A stretch of 47,960 nucleotides of DNA from the IMG/VR virus record IMGVR_UViG_3300013767_000053, positions 1-47,960 of that record. One strand, given 5' to 3'. A program made the translations under genes and the position numbers. This document shows positions 8,138 through 16,944 of this stretch, piece after piece. Below the pieces are notes generated by a model. That model had not been told where the DNA came from and ran no database searches. It saw only the letters and a program-made list of their open reading frames with translations. Origin of the DNA: a virus (lineage: Duplodnaviria; Caudoviricetes). How positions within the stretch are numbered: position 1 is the stretch's first letter; the number at the start of each line of letters is the position of its first letter.

Positions 8138-8180
8138 GTTGCGAATTCAGCAACACTACAGCATTTCGGGTCAGTGTCAA
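8138..8180 (-). promoter_or_regulatory. Operator GTTGCGAATTCAGCAAC (8138-8154) and leftward promoter
   Basis: TTGACA (8180-8175), 16 nt, TAGTGT overlapping the operator. Confidence 0.7.
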
Positions 8181-8277
8181 CGAGGTTTATAACGAACAAA
8201 TTTGTTTTCCGAAAATCCGAAAATAATAGACCGGCTTATATACGCTCGCAAACCACATTTTTGGTATCTAGATTTGG

Positions 8278-8469
8278 TCTTATGAACCCCTTGGCGCTAA
8301 TTCCCCATATCAATCAACAATCTAACAGTGGCAAAGGGGTTTATAAGAGGACACAAAACTTTTTAATTAGGGGAAGTATAGCCCGGTTTAAACTTATAGC
8401 CGGGTATATAACCAGCCTCCGAAGCGATTTCAAAAAAGTTTGCTCGCTCTTAGAAACCCCTTTGCCACT
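8278..8469. repeat. AT-rich nested inverted repeats upstream of terS (candidate packaging/terminus or origin site)
   Basis: 8327-8349 and 8447-8469 form a 23-bp inverted repeat with 1 mismatch; inner arms and a third degenerate copy at 8278-8298. Confidence 0.8.
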
Positions 8470-8492
8470 CGGAAACTCCATCGCAAATCAGT

Positions 8493-8509
8493 GTTGTGGT
8501 CAGAGCAAC
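8493..8509. promoter_or_regulatory. Operator-like GTTGTGGTCAGAGCAAC upstream of terS
   Basis: Degenerate match to the 17-bp consensus with the same spacing. Confidence 0.55.
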
Positions 8510-8559
8510 AACCATCGCAACGGTATTGCTCGCGGCCACGTAAAACCACGTTGCGGCCC

Positions 8560-9093
8560 ATGAAGGAACTCACTCCAAAGCAATCCCGGTTCGTCGAGGA
8601 ATACCTGATCGACCTGAATGCAACTCAGGCCGCGATCCGCGCCGGCTATTCAGCCAAGACGGCAAACGATCAAATCGGGAAGCTGATGGCGACGCCGCAC
8701 ATCAAAGCCGCGATCGATGCTGCGCGCGCCGCTCGATCGGAAGAAACCAAGATTGACGCGGCCTGGGTGCTGAAGCGCCTAGCGCTGGAAGCTGACGCCG
8801 ATCTTGCGGACATCTATTCCGAGAACGGCGCGATCAAGCCCGTTCATGATTGGCCGAAAATCTGGCGGCAAGGCCTCGTTGCCGGTGTCGAGCACGTTGA
8901 GGTCAAGGACAGCGAGGGCAACGCCACGGGCGATGTCGTGGTCAAGATCAAGGTCAGTGATCGCGTGCGCCGGCTCGAACTGATCGGCAAGCACGTCAAC
9001 GTCAACGCCTTCCAGGATCAGGTTGCTATCGCTGGCGTCGAGGCGCTTGCGGAGCGGATCGCGCGGGCAAAGGCGAAGCGGGGCGGGAAGTGA
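8560..9093 (+). CDS. terS: Terminase small subunit
   Basis: LTPKQSRFVEEYLIDLNATQAAIRAGYS…LELIGKH. Confidence 0.93.
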   Translation: MKELTPKQSRFVEEYLIDLNATQAAIRAGYSAKTANDQIGKLMATPHIKAAIDAARAARSEETKIDAAWVLKRLALEADADLADIYSENGAIKPVHDWPKIWRQGLVAGVEHVEVKDSEGNATGDVVVKIKVSDRVRRLELIGKHVNVNAFQDQVAIAGVEALAERIARAKAKRGGK

Positions 9094-9278
9094 TGGCCAA
9101 GGATGATGACGCGTTGTTGAGCGTGGATGACGCGGCGGCGATCGGTTTCAAGATCGCGGACATGGCCGATCGCGTCCGGCCTATGCATGCGCTCGTTCCG
9201 GGCGCTAGGGCGCAGTGGCGTTTCGAGATGGACGATGTTGCCTATGTCGTCACAGTGGCCGTTGCGCGCGATGGCTGA
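9090..9278 (+). CDS. Hypothetical protein (62 aa)
   Basis: Overlaps the terS stop and the terL start. Confidence 0.55.
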   Translation: MMAKDDDALLSVDDAAAIGFKIADMADRVRPMHALVPGARAQWRFEMDDVAYVVTVAVARDG

Positions 9279-10803
9279 GGCGGCGACTAAACGCAAGCCG
9301 GGCATCGGCCACAACAACGGGGTTGATCCGAATGAGGAGATCATAGAGCTTGCCGCTGACTGCCAGTTCGATCCCGACGCATGGTCGCGCCTCGCGTGGG
9401 ATTGGGGCCACGGCCCGCTTGCCGAATACAGCGGCCCGCGTGACTGGCAATCCGATATCAACCGGACAATACGCGATCACCTCGCGAACCCGGCAACACG
9501 CTATGAGCCGTTGCAGATATCGGTCGCGTCCGGCCACGGCATCGGCAAGTCGGCGGAAATGGGCATGCTCGCCAATTGGGCCATGTCCTGTTTCGACGAC
9601 GCCAAGGTGCTGATGACGGCTAACACTGAACCGCAGTTGCGCACCAAGACCGCGCCCGAGGTCGGCAAGTGGTTCAAGATGTCGCTGACGGCTGCATGGT
9701 TCGATGTCCAGGCGATGTCGATCAAGTCTCGCGATCCGCAGCACGGCGATAGCTGGCGCATGGATTTCCTGACCTGGAGCGAGCACAACACCGAGGCGTT
9801 CGCCGGCCTGCACAACAAGGGCAAGATCATCGTCCTGATGTTCGATGAGGCGTCGAAAATCCATGACAAGGTTTGGGAAGTCGCGGAAGGCGCGATGACG
9901 GACGAAAACACGGTCATCATCTGGATCGTTTTCGGCAATCCGACGCGCAACAGCGGCCGGTTCCGCGAGTGCTTTCGACGGTTCAAAAACCGATGGGTCA
10001 AGCGCCAGATCGATAGCCGTACGGTCGAGGGCACCAACAAAAAGTACCTGAAAAAGCTCGTCGATGACTACGGCGAGGACAGCGATGTCGTCAAATACCG
10101 TGTGAGGGGGCAGTTTCCTGCTCAGAGCGCCATGCAATTCATATCAGCCGATGACGTTGACAAGGCCCGTGCGCGGCATCTGCGCAAGGAGCAATACGCT
10201 TTCGCGCCCGTGATCCTCGGCGTCGATCCTGCCTGGACGGGCGACGACAAGCTCGAAATATTCCTGCGCCAAGGGCTCTACTCCAAAAGCCTCGCCAGCC
10301 TTCCGCGCAATGACAACGATGTCGAGGTGGCAAACCTGATCGCGCGGCTGGAGGATGAGCACCAGGCGGACGCGGTGTTCGTGGATGCAGGCTATGGCAC
10401 GGGCATTGTCTCGGCCGGCAGCGTCATGGGCCGATCGTGGCGGCTGATCTGGTTCTCAGGCAAGCCGATTGATCCGGGCTACCTCAACAAGCGCGCGGAG
10501 ATGTGGGGCACGGGCAAGACCTGGATCAAGGCGGGCGGCGCGATCGATCCGAAGGACGAGGATTTGTACCAGGACATTATAGGCCCGGAGACGGTGCCGC
10601 GTTTAGACGGGAAGGTCCAGCTTGAGAGCAAAGAGGACATGAAGGATCGCGGGCTACCAAGCCCGAACAAGGGCGATGCGCTCATGCTGACGTTCGCGGA
10701 GCCGGTGGCGAAGAAACAGCGGTTCGGCGTGGCTGGCGTCAACGGGCAGGGCGCGGCCGGCAGCGGCACGGCAGCGACGGATTACGACGTGCTCGCCGGC
10801 TGA
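9271..10803 (+). CDS. terL: Terminase large subunit
   Basis: SGHGIGKS Walker A, FDEAS Walker B, GNPT, GVDPA nuclease motif, SPNKGDAL. Confidence 0.95.
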   Translation: MAEAATKRKPGIGHNNGVDPNEEIIELAADCQFDPDAWSRLAWDWGHGPLAEYSGPRDWQSDINRTIRDHLANPATRYEPLQISVASGHGIGKSAEMGMLANWAMSCFDDAKVLMTANTEPQLRTKTAPEVGKWFKMSLTAAWFDVQAMSIKSRDPQHGDSWRMDFLTWSEHNTEAFAGLHNKGKIIVLMFDEASKIHDKVWEVAEGAMTDENTVIIWIVFGNPTRNSGRFRECFRRFKNRWVKRQIDSRTVEGTNKKYLKKLVDDYGEDSDVVKYRVRGQFPAQSAMQFISADDVDKARARHLRKEQYAFAPVILGVDPAWTGDDKLEIFLRQGLYSKSLASLPRNDNDVEVANLIARLEDEHQADAVFVDAGYGTGIVSAGSVMGRSWRLIWFSGKPIDPGYLNKRAEMWGTGKTWIKAGGAIDPKDEDLYQDIIGPETVPRLDGKVQLESKEDMKDRGLPSPNKGDALMLTFAEPVAKKQRFGVAGVNGQGAAGSGTAATDYDVLAG

Positions 10804-10869
10804 TGGTGGCGGCAACCATTCGCGGGATATGCGTCGGAAAATCCACGCGACCGCGAATGGTGAAGCCCC

Positions 10870-11073
10870 ATGTGCCTCGTCCCCGACATTCCAAAGCCTG
10901 ACTTGCCGCCTGAGACGCAGCAGATGCGGCAACCGGACGGCGAGGCCGTTCGATCGGCTGTCAGCCGCAGGACGAACGACAAGATCAGTTCGGCCTCGAA
11001 AACCATCCTGACGTCGGGCTCTGGCGTGGGCACGGCTGCGCCGACCGCGCAAAAGACCTTGCTTGGTCAGTGA
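10870..11073 (+). CDS. Small virion protein (T7 gp6.7/7.3-like position)
   Basis: MC start, Pro-rich, TILTSGSG…KTLLGQ C-terminus typical of pre-portal genes in this phage group. Confidence 0.75.
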   Translation: MCLVPDIPKPDLPPETQQMRQPDGEAVRSAVSRRTNDKISSASKTILTSGSGVGTAAPTAQKTLLGQ

Positions 11074-11255
11074 TGAAGTTCCGGCTCCTCGATAAGGACG
11101 GCAAAGACGAGGTTCATTCGGGCGTGATGGCTCGGGTGAAGGCGGCTCAAACCGTGTCGTGGGGCAGTCGGGCTTTCGTCCTTACCAATCTCAACGATGT
11201 GAACGGCGATGTCGCGATCTATCGCGAAGTTGACAATTTCAGGATCGGCCGATGA
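11070..11255 (+). CDS. Hypothetical protein (61 aa)
   Basis: Coupled to both neighbours. Confidence 0.55.
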   Translation: MMKFRLLDKDGKDEVHSGVMARVKAAQTVSWGSRAFVLTNLNDVNGDVAIYREVDNFRIGR

Positions 11256-12973
11256 CCGTCAACGCGCCGCGTCACGAAACGCAAATCCAGTACCATCGGC
11301 GGCGGCTTGAGGAACTGAAACCCGTTCGCCAGCCGTGGGAAAGCGAATGGTCCGCGACGGCCGAACTAATCGACCCGACGCGGCTGCGCTTGACCAATCG
11401 CGATGAGCGATCGGTTAGCCGCAAGGCGATCATCGATAGCAGCGGCACGTTCGCCTATCGGACGCTCAAGTCTGGAATGCATTCCGGCCTGACGTCGCCC
11501 GCGCGGCCGTGGTTCCGCCTGACGACGTTTGATCCTGACCTGAAAGACTTCGCGCCAGTGAAGCAATACCTCGCCGCGGTCGAGCAGCGCATGCGCGAGG
11601 TGTTTTCGGGCTCGAACATCTACAATTCGTTCCATACCGGATATGGCGATCTCGCGTTGTTCGGCCAGCCCTGCGGCCTCCTGGTCGATGATGATGAGAG
11701 CTATATCCGGCAGCAGCAATTGCTGAACGGACGGTTCTGGATCGCGCGTGATGAGAAGGGCCGCGCGACCACGATGTACCGGCAGTTCCGGTGGTCGGTG
11801 CAGCGGATCGTCGGGCGGTTCGGCTACGCGGCCGTGGCGCGCGTCAGCAACTCGATCAAGACGGCATACGATAACGGCAGGTACGGCCAGATTTTCGATG
11901 TCTGGCACGCTGTCGAGCCGCGATTGCAGCGCGAGCCGGGCATGATCGACAAGAGGAACAAGCGGTTCCTGTCGAACTACTGGCTCGATGCGGTGACGGA
12001 CAACACCGGCCTCCTGGAGGAGAGCGGGTTCGATGACAACCCGATCATCTGCCCGGTGTGGGAGTTGGCCGGCGATGATCACTATTCCACGTCGCCAGCG
12101 CAAGACGCCCGCGGGGATGTGAGCATGCTCCAGAAAGAGCAGACGCGGAAGCTGGAAGGCATCGACAAGCTCGTTCGGCCGCCGATGCAAGGTCCGACCT
12201 CGATGCGCAACAACCCGGCATCGCTCCTGCCTGGATCGGTCACGTATGTCGATGATCCCACGGGCAAGGGCTATCGGCCGGCGATGGATGTCCGCCTTAG
12301 CCTGTCCGACCTGAAAGAGGACATTCGCGACGTTCAACAGCGTTTGAACCAGTTTTTCTATGCCGATCTGTTCCTGATGCTCTCAAACATGGAAGGCATC
12401 CAGCCGCGCAACGTGATGGAGATCGCGGAGCGCAAGGAAGAAAAGCTTCTTGCGCTCGGGCCGGTGCTGGAGAACGTGTACAACGGCCAGCTTGAGCCGG
12501 TGATCGACCGCACGTTCAACATCCTCAACCGTCGCCGCGAGTTGCCGCCGCCGCCGCGCGAACTGGAGGAATTTCAGCGGCGCAACGGAAGCGATGCGAT
12601 CAAGATCGAATACATCTCGATCCTGGCGCAGGCACAGAAGGCGGTTGCCACGGGCGTGATCGAGCGCTTCTCCGGGTTCGTCGGCCAGCTTGCGGCGGTG
12701 AAGCCCAATGTCCTGGACAAGTTCGACGCGGACGAGGCGGCGGATCAGTACGGTGACGCGCTCGGCGTGCCGCCCTCCATCATTGTCCCGGATGACAAGG
12801 TGGAGAAAATCCGCGAGGCGCGCGCGAAGAAGCAACAGCAGGCAGAGCAGGCCGCGACGATGGCGACCGTTGCGCCCGCCATCAAGGATGGCGCGGATGC
12901 TGCCAGCGTGCTTGCCAGCGCCGGCCAGAACCCAGGCGGGCAAGCGCTCCTCCAGCAAATCGGGATTGGCTGA
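11252..12973 (+). CDS. Portal (head-tail connector)
   Basis: SGMHSGLTSPARPWFRL, EIAERKEEKLLALGPVLE, IEYISILAQAQK. Confidence 0.95.
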   Translation: MTVNAPRHETQIQYHRRRLEELKPVRQPWESEWSATAELIDPTRLRLTNRDERSVSRKAIIDSSGTFAYRTLKSGMHSGLTSPARPWFRLTTFDPDLKDFAPVKQYLAAVEQRMREVFSGSNIYNSFHTGYGDLALFGQPCGLLVDDDESYIRQQQLLNGRFWIARDEKGRATTMYRQFRWSVQRIVGRFGYAAVARVSNSIKTAYDNGRYGQIFDVWHAVEPRLQREPGMIDKRNKRFLSNYWLDAVTDNTGLLEESGFDDNPIICPVWELAGDDHYSTSPAQDARGDVSMLQKEQTRKLEGIDKLVRPPMQGPTSMRNNPASLLPGSVTYVDDPTGKGYRPAMDVRLSLSDLKEDIRDVQQRLNQFFYADLFLMLSNMEGIQPRNVMEIAERKEEKLLALGPVLENVYNGQLEPVIDRTFNILNRRRELPPPPRELEEFQRRNGSDAIKIEYISILAQAQKAVATGVIERFSGFVGQLAAVKPNVLDKFDADEAADQYGDALGVPPSIIVPDDKVEKIREARAKKQQQAEQAATMATVAPAIKDGADAASVLASAGQNPGGQALLQQIGIG

Positions 12974-13065
12974 TGCTGATGTGGTGGCCGCTTTACGCCT
13001 ATTCCGTCGCGTTCGGCCTGCTCGGCGTGTGGTGCGCGTCTGAACCGGAGGAGGGTCAGCGATGA
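12973..13065 (+). CDS. 30-aa hydrophobic peptide MLMWWPLYAYSVAFGLLGVWCASEPEEGQR
   Basis: Start overlaps the portal stop (TGATG); stop overlaps the next ATG (ATGA). Confidence 0.5.
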   Translation: MLMWWPLYAYSVAFGLLGVWCASEPEEGQR

Positions 13066-13415
13066 GCGATTTGCAAGAACAACTCTCTCCGCATGAGGAA
13101 GTCACCCGCGCCGAATTGGCGAAGGCGTTTCGCGGCGTGCTGTCGAATGAGGCGGGCAAGCGCGTCCTCTACTGGATTCTGGAGGAATGCGCGATCTACC
13201 GCGACGCCTATTGCGGTGAGAACAACGCGACGAACTACACGCTCGGGCAGCAAGCAAGCGGGCGGAAGATCATCGCAAAGCTCGATGAGATTGATCCGCA
13301 GCTTTATCCGGCTCTGTTGATGGATATCGCCTGGATCAGGGAAGTGGATCGCTCGGCGGCCAAGGCGGTCGCGGAGAACAAGCAGAAGGAAAACGACGAT
13401 GATCTTGAGGGGTAA
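13062..13415 (+). CDS. Bbp19-like phage protein
   Basis: FRGVLSNEAGKRVLYWILEEC…TNYTLGQQ..G; position between portal and scaffold; GGAGGAG RBS. Confidence 0.75.
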   Translation: MSDLQEQLSPHEEVTRAELAKAFRGVLSNEAGKRVLYWILEECAIYRDAYCGENNATNYTLGQQASGRKIIAKLDEIDPQLYPALLMDIAWIREVDRSAAKAVAENKQKENDDDLEG

Positions 13416-14229
13416 TCTCAATCGGTATCTGCGCTCTGTCGCCGTGTTCAATGCGGAAGGCGGCTCGGGTGGTGGTGGCGGCGATGTGAAGCCGGCCGCG
13501 ACGCCGGCCGCTGATCCGGCCAAGCCTGCCGCCGATCCCGCCGCGAGTGTGCTGTTTCCGAAAGAGGGTGGCGACGATGGCAAGAAAGGCGAAAAAGCCG
13601 AAACCGATCCGCCTGCCGGTGGTGAAGGTGACAAGGGGAAGGACTGGAAAGAGTACGTCGCCGATCCGAAGAAAACCGACGCTGAGAATGCCGCCGCGAA
13701 GGTAGAGCACGACAAAACCAAGCCGGCCGCCGCCGATCCCGCCGATGTCGTCCCGGCTGATGGCAAGTACACGCTCGCCATGCCCGAAGGCGTCCAGGTC
13801 GATCAGGCGATGGTCGATGCGCTCGGCCCGGAGTTCAAGGAACTCGGCCTGACGAACAAGCAGGCTCAGAAGCTCGCGGACAAGTTCATCGGCATCCAGC
13901 AACAGCGCGCGAGCGATCAGGGCAAAGCGTGGGGCGAACGCGTGTCTGGCTGGGCCGATGAAGCCAAGGCGGACAAGGAGATCGGCGGGACCAAATGGGA
14001 CGGCACGGTCAAGGACGCAACGCGCGCCGTCAACTCGCTCGGGACGCCAGCCCTCAAGGAATATTTGGAGGCGACTGGTGGCGGCAACCATCCGGAGCTT
14101 ATCCGTTTCATGGCGAAGGTCGGGGCCATGATCAAAGAGGACAATCCGGCCGTAGGTGGCGCTGAGGGGGCGGGCAAAGCCGCCGAAGCGGCGCACATGC
14201 TCTTTCCGAACGACGTACCGAAAGGTTGA
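13399..14229 (+). CDS. Capsid scaffolding protein
   Basis: Ala/Pro/charged N-half; YTLAMPEG, ELGLTNKQAQKL, GGNHPELIRFM; precedes the capsid gene. Confidence 0.85.
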   Translation: MILRGNLNRYLRSVAVFNAEGGSGGGGGDVKPAATPAADPAKPAADPAASVLFPKEGGDDGKKGEKAETDPPAGGEGDKGKDWKEYVADPKKTDAENAAAKVEHDKTKPAAADPADVVPADGKYTLAMPEGVQVDQAMVDALGPEFKELGLTNKQAQKLADKFIGIQQQRASDQGKAWGERVSGWADEAKADKEIGGTKWDGTVKDATRAVNSLGTPALKEYLEATGGGNHPELIRFMAKVGAMIKEDNPAVGGAEGAGKAAEAAHMLFPNDVPKG

Positions 14230-14235
14230 TGAACT

Positions 14236-15273
14236 ATGCCCACTATCGGCCAATCCTACCCCACCATGATCGACGCCTATAAGGGCTCGGCGGAAGGGAC
14301 CGTTATCGAAATCCTGAACAGGCAGAATCCCGTTCTGGACGACGCAATCGCAACTCAGTGCAACATGGATGCCGTTCACCGGCACATGATCCGCACCGGC
14401 ATGCCGACCGTGGCATGGGGCCGTCTCTATCAGGGCGTGCCGCAATCCAAGGCGACCATGCAACAGGTCGATGACACGACTGGTTTCCTGGAGGCCATGT
14501 CGGGCGTCGATACGCGCCTGCTTGCGCTCGCTCCCGATCCCGCCAAGCAGCGCCTTGTCGATGCTGCGCCGTACCTGGAAGCGATGAACCAGGAAATGGC
14601 GACCGGCATTTTCTACCACGACACGGCGACTACGCCCGAGAAGTTCAAGGGCCTGTCCGCTCGTTTCAGCGCGTACAACTCGAACCCTTGGGACCCGGCC
14701 AAGCCGAACATCGCCAATCAGGTGATCCCCGGCGGCGGCGCTGGCGCGAACAACACCTCGATCTGGTTCGTGACCTGGGGAGATCACGCGACCTCGTTGC
14801 TCTATCCGAAGGGCATGAAGGCCGGCGTGACCATCCAGGACAAGGGCGAGCAGCGCGTTCTCGATGCGAACGGCAATCCGTACTACGTCAAGGAAACGAT
14901 GTTCAATTGGCACATCGGCTTGTTCTGCAAGGACTGGCGTTACAACGCACGCATCGCGAACATCGATGTTCCTGCCATGCGCGCCGGCAGCGTTGATCTG
15001 TGGGCACTGCTCCGCAAGGGGTATTACCGCCTCCAGTCGCGTCGGCGCGACGCGATCTCCAGCCGCATCGCGATCTACATGAACCGCGAAGTGCTCGAAA
15101 TTCTTGACGCGCAGTCCAGCGACCGCGCTCTGCTTGCGGCGAACCCGAACTATACGGGGCTCGGCCAAGCCCAGGTCGAGGGCAAAGAGGTCAAGACTTA
15201 TCGCGGCATCCCGATCCGTGAGACTGACGCGATCCTGAACAACGAAGCGCTGGTTCCGGCCGTCGCCATCTGA
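14236..15273 (+). CDS. Major capsid protein
   Basis: RTGMPTVAWGRLYQGV..SK, FKGLSARF, TSIWFVTWG, DWRYNARIANID, GIPIRETDAI. Confidence 0.95.
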   Translation: MPTIGQSYPTMIDAYKGSAEGTVIEILNRQNPVLDDAIATQCNMDAVHRHMIRTGMPTVAWGRLYQGVPQSKATMQQVDDTTGFLEAMSGVDTRLLALAPDPAKQRLVDAAPYLEAMNQEMATGIFYHDTATTPEKFKGLSARFSAYNSNPWDPAKPNIANQVIPGGGAGANNTSIWFVTWGDHATSLLYPKGMKAGVTIQDKGEQRVLDANGNPYYVKETMFNWHIGLFCKDWRYNARIANIDVPAMRAGSVDLWALLRKGYYRLQSRRRDAISSRIAIYMNREVLEILDAQSSDRALLAANPNYTGLGQAQVEGKEVKTYRGIPIRETDAILNNEALVPAVAI

Positions 15274-15281
15274 TTTCGGCT

Positions 15282-15301
15282 CGGCCCGCTTCGGCGGGCC
15301 G
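15282..15301 (+). terminator. UUCG-tetraloop hairpin after the capsid gene (partial terminator or stabiliser)
   Basis: CGGCCCGC-TTCG-GCGGGCCG; weak U tail. Confidence 0.55.
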
Positions 15302-15346
15302 CTTCTCCCGTAGCTGGCCGGAAGGCCGAACCAAAAGGCACTTACC

Positions 15347-15769
15347 ATGATCTTCGATCGTCAGACTTTGCTTTCGGACGCGCAGGCGATCACCATCAGC
15401 GCGCCGTCCACCAACGTCATTGGCCTCGGTCCAAAAGTGGCCGGTGTTGTCCGCGACATCGGCAAAGGCAAGCCGATCCCGCTTCTGATCCAGGTGGTGG
15501 AAGCGTTCGCGGCGGCCGGCGCTGCCACGCTGACCGTGACCCTGGAGACCGACGACAACGCGGGCTTTGCTTCGCCCCAGGTCGTTTGGACCTCGCCCGC
15601 CATTCCTAAGGCGGCGCTCGTTCCGGGTTACGTCATCATCCCGGAATTCATCCCGCGCGGCACCAATGAGGAATTTTTGCGCGTGAACTACACGGTTGGC
15701 ACCGGGCCGATGACGGCCGGCAAGATCGTGGCCGGCGTCACCATGGGCAATCAGAGCGCGCCGGCTTAA
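15347..15769 (+). CDS. Capsid cement/decoration protein (Bbp16-like)
   Basis: SDAQAIT…STNVI.LG…DIGKG.P..L.IQV.E.F…LRVNYTV..GPMTAGKI.AG. Confidence 0.85.
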   Translation: MIFDRQTLLSDAQAITISAPSTNVIGLGPKVAGVVRDIGKGKPIPLLIQVVEAFAAAGAATLTVTLETDDNAGFASPQVVWTSPAIPKAALVPGYVIIPEFIPRGTNEEFLRVNYTVGTGPMTAGKIVAGVTMGNQSAPA

Positions 15770-15812
15770 CCGGCGCGTTTCCTGACGTTTCCACTAGAGA
15801 GGAATTGAAATC

Positions 15813-16310
15813 ATGGCGAGGGTCATCGCGACCTCAAAGGGCTACTTCGGCGGCGTCATCCGCGATATCGGCGAGGCGTTCAACGTCCCCGATGAACTCT
15901 GGGCCGACAAGGAGCGTCGTCCGTTGTGGGCGAAACTCGATCCGGCCTCGGCATTCGGCGGCAAGGGCGATCATGACGGCAACGGTTCGGTCGGCGGATC
16001 GAAGCCGGCCGGCGAGGGTGGGGCTTCGACCTCGAACTCTGCCGGTGCGGGCAAGCCGGAAGATAGCAAGATCATCGTTATCCCCGCCGACTGGTCAAGC
16101 CTGCACCACTCCAAGCGCAAGGCACTTGCGAAGCAGATCACGGGCGAGGCCGTCAACGATCTGGCGACCGCGGACAACATCATCGCGGCCCATGTCGAGG
16201 CGAACAAGCCCGCTCCGTTCGCCGATGCCCCTGCGCCGCAAACAGTGGCGGAAGCGCAGAAGGCCATCGGCGCTATCCGGCCCGATTGGGAAGCGCCTGG
16301 AGCGCCCTAG
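15813..16310 (+). CDS. Hypothetical virion-region protein
   Basis: Good RBS; VIATSKGYFGG..R..GE.F N-terminus; DHDGNG motif. Confidence 0.7.
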   Translation: MARVIATSKGYFGGVIRDIGEAFNVPDELWADKERRPLWAKLDPASAFGGKGDHDGNGSVGGSKPAGEGGASTSNSAGAGKPEDSKIIVIPADWSSLHHSKRKALAKQITGEAVNDLATADNIIAAHVEANKPAPFADAPAPQTVAEAQKAIGAIRPDWEAPGAP

Positions 16311-16328
16311 GCGGTTGACGATTAAACG

Positions 16329-16358
16329 GGAGGGCGCTCGCGCCCTCCTTCCTTCTTC
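16329..16358 (+). terminator. Rho-independent terminator-like hairpin
   Basis: GGAGGGCG-CTCG-CGCCCTCC followed by TTCCTTCTT. Confidence 0.55.
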
Positions 16359-16373
16359 TGCGCGGTGGTGGTG

Positions 16374-16652
16374 ATGGCCGCAATCTACAATGAACAGCGA
16401 GTTCTCGGCGTCCGCCTCGTCGCGGACGGCACGCTCATGTTCAACGGTCAGCGTGTGATCGGCGTCGTGGATGCGGGGGCGTCGCTGTTTGTCGGCAACA
16501 TCCGAACGATCGGCGTCGATGTCCTGGCCGCCGACAAGCCGATCCACAACGAACAGATAGTGGTCGGCGCGGTCCTGATCGCGGATGGCCGCAAGCTCTA
16601 CAACAACATGCTCGTCGTCCCCGCGAAGGCGGTTAGCGGAGTTCTCGCATGA
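16374..16652 (+). CDS. Hypothetical protein with internal ~18-aa repeats
   Basis: Repeated N..RV(I/L)GV units; stop coupled to the next gene. Confidence 0.65.
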   Translation: MAAIYNEQRVLGVRLVADGTLMFNGQRVIGVVDAGASLFVGNIRTIGVDVLAADKPIHNEQIVVGAVLIADGRKLYNNMLVVPAKAVSGVLA

Positions 16653-16939
16653 AGCTCGCAAGTCTCAAGCAGAAGTACAGCGATATGGATAGGCCTTCGG
16701 ACGCGACAAGCGACGAATACTATCCGTCGCTCTATCTCGACGGAAAGCAAATCGAAGCGGTTGGCGTCGATGCGGCGCGCGTCGGGACTGACATGACGAT
16801 GATCGCGACGGTGCGCGTCTCCAGCGTCAGCGAAAGTAAGGACGGCCATCGCAGCATGTCGTTCGAGATCGTAGAGGCCGCGATCGATCCGAAGAAGAAA
16901 GACCCGGACGCGGCGTCGGTCCTGTTCCCGAACGGATAG
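16649..16939 (+). CDS. Capsid accessory (staple-like) protein
   Basis: YPSLYLD..QI..VG…VGTDMTMIATVRV.SVS…SMSFEI resembles the epsilon15 gp10-type family. Confidence 0.6.
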   Translation: MKLASLKQKYSDMDRPSDATSDEYYPSLYLDGKQIEAVGVDAARVGTDMTMIATVRVSSVSESKDGHRSMSFEIVEAAIDPKKKDPDAASVLFPNG

Positions 16940-16944
16940 GCGGC

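Noticed and set aside
8327-8469. Protelomerase telRL site
   Set aside because: The palindrome is imperfect, no protelomerase gene is present, and the element integrates by a tyrosine integrase.
8174-8563. 129-aa plus-strand ORF in the AT-rich gap
   Set aside because: Atypical composition, no RBS, and it runs across palindromes and an operator; better explained as non-coding.
13336-15348. 670-aa minus-strand ORF (also 27519-30347, 22905-24206, 25695-26915 and similar)
   Set aside because: Antisense shadows of well-supported high-GC genes, with no recognisable motifs.
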